Of a stretch of 61,733 nucleotides of DNA, positions 56,906-61,733 are shown piece after piece. Position 1 is the stretch's first letter, and each line of letters starts with the position of its first letter. Made by a program: the position numbers and the translations under genes. Under the pieces are notes generated by a model. The model made no database searches and had not been told where the DNA came from. It saw only the letters and a program-made list of their open reading frames with translations. Origin of the DNA: Acidobacteriota bacterium. Its GTDB lineage: Bacteria > Acidobacteriota > Holophagae > Holophagales > Holophagaceae. The DNA lies in assembly GCA_021812805.1 (NCBI GenBank), contig JAKAMQ010000001.1:1-61733 (forward strand). Reading direction: 5' to 3'.

Positions 56906-57424
56906 GTGAGCGAGGGCATCCTGCTGGCGAAGGTGGCACGGGGCATCCTGCTCCCGGAGGCGGAACGTCTGGCGCGCCTGGAGACCGCCCTGCCCCAGAT
57001 CGAAGCGGTCCTGGAGGGCGAGACCGATGCCGTCGCGATCCAGGCCACCCTGGCCTGCCTTCTGTGGGACACCCTCGCCCAGTGCAACTGGTGCGGCTTC
57101 TACCGCCGCATCGGCGAAGACCTGCTCGCCGTGGGGCCGTACCAGGGCGGCATGGGCTGCCTGCGCATTCCCTTCAGCCGCGGTGTCTGTGGTGCCTGCG
57201 CACGCACGGGAACCACGCAGCGGGTGCCCGATGTTCACGCCTTCCCGGGTCACATCGCCTGCGATGGCGCCACCCGCAGCGAACTGGTGATCCCGGTCCG
57301 GATCCAGGACCGGCTGGAGGCGGTGTTGGATCTCGACTCCACCCACCCGGCTGGCTTCAGCGCCCCCGAGGCCCACCTTCTGGAGGGCCTGGTCGCCCGG
57401 GTCTTCGGTCTCGGCGTGAGGTGA
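56906..57424 (+). CDS. GAF-domain protein (MsrC/YebR-like)
   Basis: NWCGFY, VGPYQG..GC.RI...GVCG, FPGHIACD...SELVIP and LDLDS motifs. Confidence 0.88.
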   Translation: MSEGILLAKVARGILLPEAERLARLETALPQIEAVLEGETDAVAIQATLACLLWDTLAQCNWCGFYRRIGEDLLAVGPYQGGMGCLRIPFSRGVCGACARTGTTQRVPDVHAFPGHIACDGATRSELVIPVRIQDRLEAVLDLDSTHPAGFSAPEAHLLEGLVARVFGLGVR

Positions 57425-57470
57425 CATTCCATCCCGGAGGGCCGCTGAGGTAGAGTTAGGCACACCCGGG

Positions 57471-58202
57471 ATGCCCATGGCCGAACCGAGCTTCATTGAT
57501 CAGAGCAAACTGCGCTTCCGCGAGGGGGAAGTCATCTTCCGCAAAGGAGAGATGGCCCAGCAGATGTACATCATCCTCGGAGGCAAGGTCCGCCTCTACG
57601 TCTCTGAGGAGCCCAAAGGCGATTGGGTCGAGGAACTCAGCAAAGGCGACTTCTTCGGCGAAGGCAGCCTGCTGGAGGCCCTGCCCCGCCAGCACACGGC
57701 CCTGGCCCTGGAGGACTCGGATCTCATCGCCATCAACCGGGGCACCTTCCTGCGCATGATCCGCCAGAACCCGGAAGTGTCCGTGAAGATGATGCAGCGG
57801 CTGGCCCAGCGCCACCGCGAGCTGGGCGAACGGGTCGAAACCCTCGAAACCAGCAAGGCGGCCCATCAGGCCCCCCAGGGCCCCGTGGCCAACCTGGTCT
57901 CCGTGCTGAGCGGCAGGCCCTATCCCATCCTCTCCCACGGTTCCCTCATCGGGCGGTACGATCCGAGCACGGGTGTGCACCCGGACATTGACCTCACCGA
58001 AGAGGATCACAACCTGAGTGTCTCCCGCCGCCACGCGCGGATCCTGTGCGAGCACAACCGCTATTTCCTGCTGGAAGAGCACGGCGTGGCCAATGGCACC
58101 TTCATCCGCGGCGAACGGATCCAGCCGGGCGAACCGCGGGAACTGAAGCATGGCGACCGGGTCGGCTTCGGCATGGTGGTGCTGTTCTTCGAACGGACGT
58201 AA
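57471..58202 (+). CDS. Cyclic-nucleotide-binding domain + FHA domain protein
   Basis: GDFFGE...PR (cNMP), coiled linker, GR..., SRRHA and NGT (FHA). Confidence 0.88.
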   Translation: MPMAEPSFIDQSKLRFREGEVIFRKGEMAQQMYIILGGKVRLYVSEEPKGDWVEELSKGDFFGEGSLLEALPRQHTALALEDSDLIAINRGTFLRMIRQNPEVSVKMMQRLAQRHRELGERVETLETSKAAHQAPQGPVANLVSVLSGRPYPILSHGSLIGRYDPSTGVHPDIDLTEEDHNLSVSRRHARILCEHNRYFLLEEHGVANGTFIRGERIQPGEPRELKHGDRVGFGMVVLFFERT

Positions 58203-58238
58203 CCTCTCCGGGGCGCATTCGAGCCCAGGGAGGCGGAA

Positions 58239-58466
58239 ATGGTCACTGATCTGCACGTGGAACGGTGGCAGGACGAGCACGGCACGAACTGGGAGCTGGT
58301 CCAGTTCGGCCTGGACGAGATCGGCGGGGCCTGTGTCATCCGGGAACGCAACCGCCTGGACGAACGCGATGGTGACGCGCGGGAAGGCGACGCCATCATC
58401 GCCCGCTTCGGCGATCCCGAGGACGCCCGGGACTTCCTGCGGGACGAAGGCTTTGATCCCGCCTGA
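58239..58466 (+). CDS. 75-aa acidic hypothetical protein
   Basis: GGAGG RBS, GC3 bias, fills the gap between genes. Confidence 0.6.
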   Translation: MVTDLHVERWQDEHGTNWELVQFGLDEIGGACVIRERNRLDERDGDAREGDAIIARFGDPEDARDFLRDEGFDPA

Positions 58467-58545
58467 ACGCGCGCGCCCGGCTTTCGCCGGGCGCAGACGG
58501 GGCGTGAGATCGGGGATGTGCGCGCAGGGCGCCCCCCGTGGAGCG

Positions 58546-59517
58546 TCACCCTTTGCCGACACCCATGGCCTTGGCGGCCTTGGTGAGTTCCGGAATGACC
58601 TCAAAGAGGTCGCCGACGATCCCGTAGCTGGCCACCTTGAAGATGGGGGCCTCGGGATCCTTGTTGATGGCCACGATGAATTTCGAACCGCTCATGCCGG
58701 CGAGGTGCTGGATGGCGCCACTGATGCCGCAGGCGATGTAGAGGGTGGGGCTCACGACCTTGCCCGTCTGGCCGACCTGCATGCTGTGGGGCAGGCCCCA
58801 GTCCGCGTCCACGGCTGCACGAGAGGCGCCCACGACGCCGCCGAGGGCATCCGCCAGCTCTTCCAGGATCTTGAAATTGTCACCGCTCTTCATGCCACGG
58901 CCGCCGGAGATGATGACGTTGGCCTCGGTGAGGTCCACCTTGCCGCCGGCCTTGGCCAGAATCTCCTTCACCACGGACTTGAAGTCGCCGGCGGGGGCAG
59001 GAAGCGCTTCCACGGCGCCGGCCCCGGCCTTCTCGACCACAGGGAAGACATTCGGACGGGTGCTGGCCACCTGCACCGCGCTGGTGAAGGTGATGGTGGC
59101 GAAGGCCTTGCCGGCATAGACCGGACGGACGGCCTGCAGCTTGCCATCCGCCATGGAGAGGCCCGTCACATCGGAGGCGTAGCCCGCGCCCATGCGCGCG
59201 GCAGCGCGGGGCGCCACGTCCTTGCCCATGGCGGTGGCGCCCGCCAGCAGCACGGTGGCGCCCTTCGCCTTCACGGCGTCGGCCACCAGCTGCGCGTAGG
59301 CATCGCTGGAATAGGAACCGAGGGTGGCCCCCTCGGCAGTGAGGATCACATCAGCGCCGTAGGTGGCGGCCTCCGCGGCGCCCGCGCAGGAGGCGCCCGC
59401 GAACAGGGCGCCAAGGGGCTGTCCCGAGGCGTCCGCGAGGCGGCGGCCTGCGCTCAGGGCCTCGGTGCTGGGCTTGCGGATCTTGCCGTCCTTCAGTTCA
59501 CAGAACACGAGAATCAT
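58546..59517 (-). CDS. etfA: Electron transfer flavoprotein alpha subunit
   Basis: [32 protein letters not shown] and AINKD motifs. Confidence 0.96.
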   Translation of the reverse strand: MILVFCELKDGKIRKPSTEALSAGRRLADASGQPLGALFAGASCAGAAEAATYGADVILTAEGATLGSYSSDAYAQLVADAVKAKGATVLLAGATAMGKDVAPRAAARMGAGYASDVTGLSMADGKLQAVRPVYAGKAFATITFTSAVQVASTRPNVFPVVEKAGAGAVEALPAPAGDFKSVVKEILAKAGGKVDLTEANVIISGGRGMKSGDNFKILEELADALGGVVGASRAAVDADWGLPHSMQVGQTGKVVSPTLYIACGISGAIQHLAGMSGSKFIVAINKDPEAPIFKVASYGIVGDLFEVIPELTKAAKAMGVGKG

Positions 59518-59557
59518 GGGTGGTCCTTTCGAATGGGGTTCAGTCGGAGGGGTTCGC

Positions 59558-60307
59558 CTAGAAGACCTTGGCTTCGTCCTTGAGGGCCTGGAGCAGGGCC
59601 TGGGCCTGGGCAGCGGGCTCCCCCGCCAGCAGACGGCCCGCCGGCCGTTCCGGCGGCAGGGCCAGGGCGCTCACCACGGCCACGGCTGGCGCGGAGGCCG
59701 CCTCCAGTTCCTCGATGGTCTTCTTCTTGGCGGCCATGATGCCCTTGAGGCTGGCGTAGCGGGGCTCGTTCAGGCCCTTCTGGGCGGTGATGACGGCCGG
59801 CAGGGCACCTTCCACCACCTCGCTGCCACCCTCGATCTCGCGTTCAGCCCGGAACGTGCCTTCGCCCAGCTCGAGCTTCACGATGACGTTCGCCTGGGCG
59901 ATGCCCATGAGCTCGGCCAGCATGGGGCCCATGGCGGCATTGTCGCCCCCGATGCCCTTGTTGCCGCAGAGGATGAGGTCGAAGCCCTTGCCCTGGGCAT
60001 AGGCGGCGATCATCTGGGCCACGGCGAACGCATCGCCCTGCCCATCGCCCTTCAGGAGCACGGCGCTGTCAGCCCCCAGAGCCAACGCGTTGCGCAGCAC
60101 TTCCTTGGCGCTGTCACTGCCCACGGAAAGGGCCACCACTTCCGCGCCCTTGGCTTCCTTGATGCGGATGGCCTCCTCCAGTGCGTACTCGTCGTACGGC
60201 CCGGTGATCCACTTGACATCCGCCGGGTCCAGAGACCGGCCATCGGCGGCAACCTTGATCTTGGTCTCCGTGTCGGGGACCTGTTTGAGGGCGACGAGGA
60301 TCTTCAT
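59558..60307 (-). CDS. etfB: Electron transfer flavoprotein beta subunit
   Basis: KQVPDT, YDEYALEEA, ALALGAD and NEPRYASLKGIM motifs. Confidence 0.96.
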   Translation of the reverse strand: MKILVALKQVPDTETKIKVAADGRSLDPADVKWITGPYDEYALEEAIRIKEAKGAEVVALSVGSDSAKEVLRNALALGADSAVLLKGDGQGDAFAVAQMIAAYAQGKGFDLILCGNKGIGGDNAAMGPMLAELMGIAQANVIVKLELGEGTFRAEREIEGGSEVVEGALPAVITAQKGLNEPRYASLKGIMAAKKKTIEELEAASAPAVAVVSALALPPERPAGRLLAGEPAAQAQALLQALKDEAKVF

Positions 60308-60343
60308 GGATGCTCCTGGGACACGCCCCCTCTCGGGGGCCCG

Positions 60344-60360
60344 GACTGAACCGTTCAGTC
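60344..60360. promoter_or_regulatory. Perfect palindrome upstream of etfB, possible TetR-type operator
   Basis: GACTGAAC-C-GTTCAGTC. Confidence 0.5.
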
Positions 60361-60447
60361 GAATGTGGCGGAGGTCTGACGACCTCTGGATTCATTATGC
60401 ACAGCTGCGCCATTCCTGCGTTCACCGACTCCGGGTAGCCTGATCCC

Positions 60448-61527
60448 ATGCTTCCACCCGACTTCACCCAGGCCCTGGTCCTCACCGGTGGCGGCACCGG
60501 CGGGCACTTCTTCCCGGCCGTGGCCCTGGCGGAGGGCGCCCGGGCCCGCTGGCCGGAGCGGACCGTGGCCTTCGTGGGCGCCCAGCGCGGCATCGAGGCG
60601 CGCCGGCTGCCGGAAAGCCCCTGGCCCCACCTGCTGCTGGATGTGGAGGGCTTCCTGGGCCGCTCCCCCCTTCGCGCGGCCCGTTCCGCCTGGAAACTCT
60701 GGCGGGCCACCTCCCACCTCAAGGGGCTCTGGCGACAGCAGCGGCCCTGGGCCGTGATCGGAACCGGCGGCTACGGCGCCGCCCCCGCCCTGCTGGCAGC
60801 CCGGAGCCTGGGCATCCCGTATTTCCTCCACGAGAGCAACGCGGCACCCGGGGCCCTGATCCGCCTGGTGGCGCCGAAGGCACGCCGGGTCTGGTGCGGC
60901 CTGGAGGCGGCCCAGGCCCGGCTCCAGGGCTCGGCTAGCCTCGTCGTGGGCACGCCCGTACGGCGCGCCTTCCTGCGCCCCTTCCGGCCCCTGGATGTCC
61001 TGGAGCCGCCCTTCCGTCTCCTGGTCCTGGGGGGCAGCGGCGGCGCCCGCGCCATCAACGAGGCGATCCTGGAGATCGGCGCCCCACTCCTCGAAACCTT
61101 CCCGGACTGGGAGATCCTCCAGCAGACGGGTTCCGCAGAGTTCACACGCCTCGGGGAGCGCCCTCGCCACGCCCGCCACCGACTCGTGCCGTTCCTCGAG
61201 CGCGTGGATGAGGCGATGGAGGAGGCATCCATCATCATCAGCCGCTCCGGCGCCAGCACCTGCGCCGAACTGGCCGCCGCGGGACGGGGCGCCATTCTCA
61301 TCCCCCTTCCCACCGCCGCCCAGGGGCATCAGCTCATGAATGCCCGGGCCCTGGCCGAAGCCGGCCACGCGGTGATCGAGCTCCAGGGCCCGGACCTGCC
61401 GGCGCGCCTCCTGGCCCGCTGCCGGAGCCTCATGGCCGATCCCGAAGCCCGCCTCCATCTCGCGGGCGCCCCCGTGCCCAACCGCGCCGTCGAGGCCTGC
61501 CTCGATGATCTGGCCGAACGCATCTGA
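60448..61527 (+). CDS. murG: MurG undecaprenyl-PP-MurNAc-pentapeptide GlcNAc transferase
   Basis: GGGTGGH, GTGGY, HESN..PG, GGSGGA..IN, RSGAST.AE and HQ..NA motifs. Confidence 0.93.
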   Translation: MLPPDFTQALVLTGGGTGGHFFPAVALAEGARARWPERTVAFVGAQRGIEARRLPESPWPHLLLDVEGFLGRSPLRAARSAWKLWRATSHLKGLWRQQRPWAVIGTGGYGAAPALLAARSLGIPYFLHESNAAPGALIRLVAPKARRVWCGLEAAQARLQGSASLVVGTPVRRAFLRPFRPLDVLEPPFRLLVLGGSGGARAINEAILEIGAPLLETFPDWEILQQTGSAEFTRLGERPRHARHRLVPFLERVDEAMEEASIIISRSGASTCAELAAAGRGAILIPLPTAAQGHQLMNARALAEAGHAVIELQGPDLPARLLARCRSLMADPEARLHLAGAPVPNRAVEACLDDLAERI

Positions 61528-61733
61528 ACGGCAGGCCTGCATCTGGAAGCAGTACGTGCGCGTAGGCCGGAGGCCGCGCGCCCAGGGGCGGAATCGGGAA
61601 GCGAACACCCCCTACATCTGGAACCGGTGCGTACATTCCACCCAGCTCTCGCCCCCATCGCGGTACGTCTCGCGCTTCCGGGGGCCCCGCTCGGCGACCC
61701 GCTCGGCGGGGAGCCGGAGGACGCGGCGTCGGC

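Noticed and set aside
7145-57496. Long N-terminal extensions in the ORF track (MFP to 8683, lgt to 11830, MutS to 48002, lpxK to 57496, GAF from 55814)
   Set aside because: The extensions overlap neighbouring genes or repeats; downstream starts with an RBS or stop-start coupling fit better.
1054-61608. Many long alternative-frame and antisense ORFs (e.g. 14110-15699, 17622-18860, 29770-31002, 37683-39476, 40887-42872, 50097-52577, 53318-54991)
   Set aside because: They overlap motif-supported genes and are expected shadow ORFs in high-GC DNA.
1-61733. CRISPR array, cas genes, rRNA, reverse transcriptase (retron/DGR)
   Set aside because: No regularly spaced repeat-spacer array and no corresponding motifs seen by eye.

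Overview
High-GC bacterial chromosome window. Gene content and style suggest Acidobacteriota, possibly Holophagaceae/Geothrix-like; this is inference only. Left half (1 to about 31150): the right part of an integrative genomic island. It ends in the 3' half of a tRNA-Glu(TTC), the att site, next to a tyrosine integrase and a 430-aa partner gene. The island carries four things. (i) A heavy-metal efflux operon: ArsR/SmtB, Cys-rich peptide, TolC-MFP-CusA/CzcA RND, P1B-2 ATPase and a beta-barrel. (ii) A Tn3-family composite with nested inverted-repeat ends, holding arsR-acr3, a decayed arsM, an unannotated 58-aa Cys peptide, an atypical P1B ATPase and lgt. (iii) A defence-like islet: WYL regulator plus truncated sigma-70, PD-(D/E)xK nuclease, atypical UDG-superfamily protein, and an AbiEi/AbiEii pair whose toxin has an extra S4-like tail. 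(iv) An intact ISL3 element (25-bp IRs, 8-bp TSD) carrying an MNT-HEPN pair. Right half: two very large secreted proteins (beta-rich protein plus Fn3 protein), then housekeeping genes (surE, acyP, apt, NtrY-like kinase, rimI, tsaB, rpmB, dprA, topA, lpxK, GAF protein, etfAB, murG). These are interrupted by a low-GC DNA methyltransferase islet flanked by apparent remnants of an older copy of the same gene. No CRISPR array, rRNA or complete tRNA was seen. All family calls are from motif recognition, not database searches.
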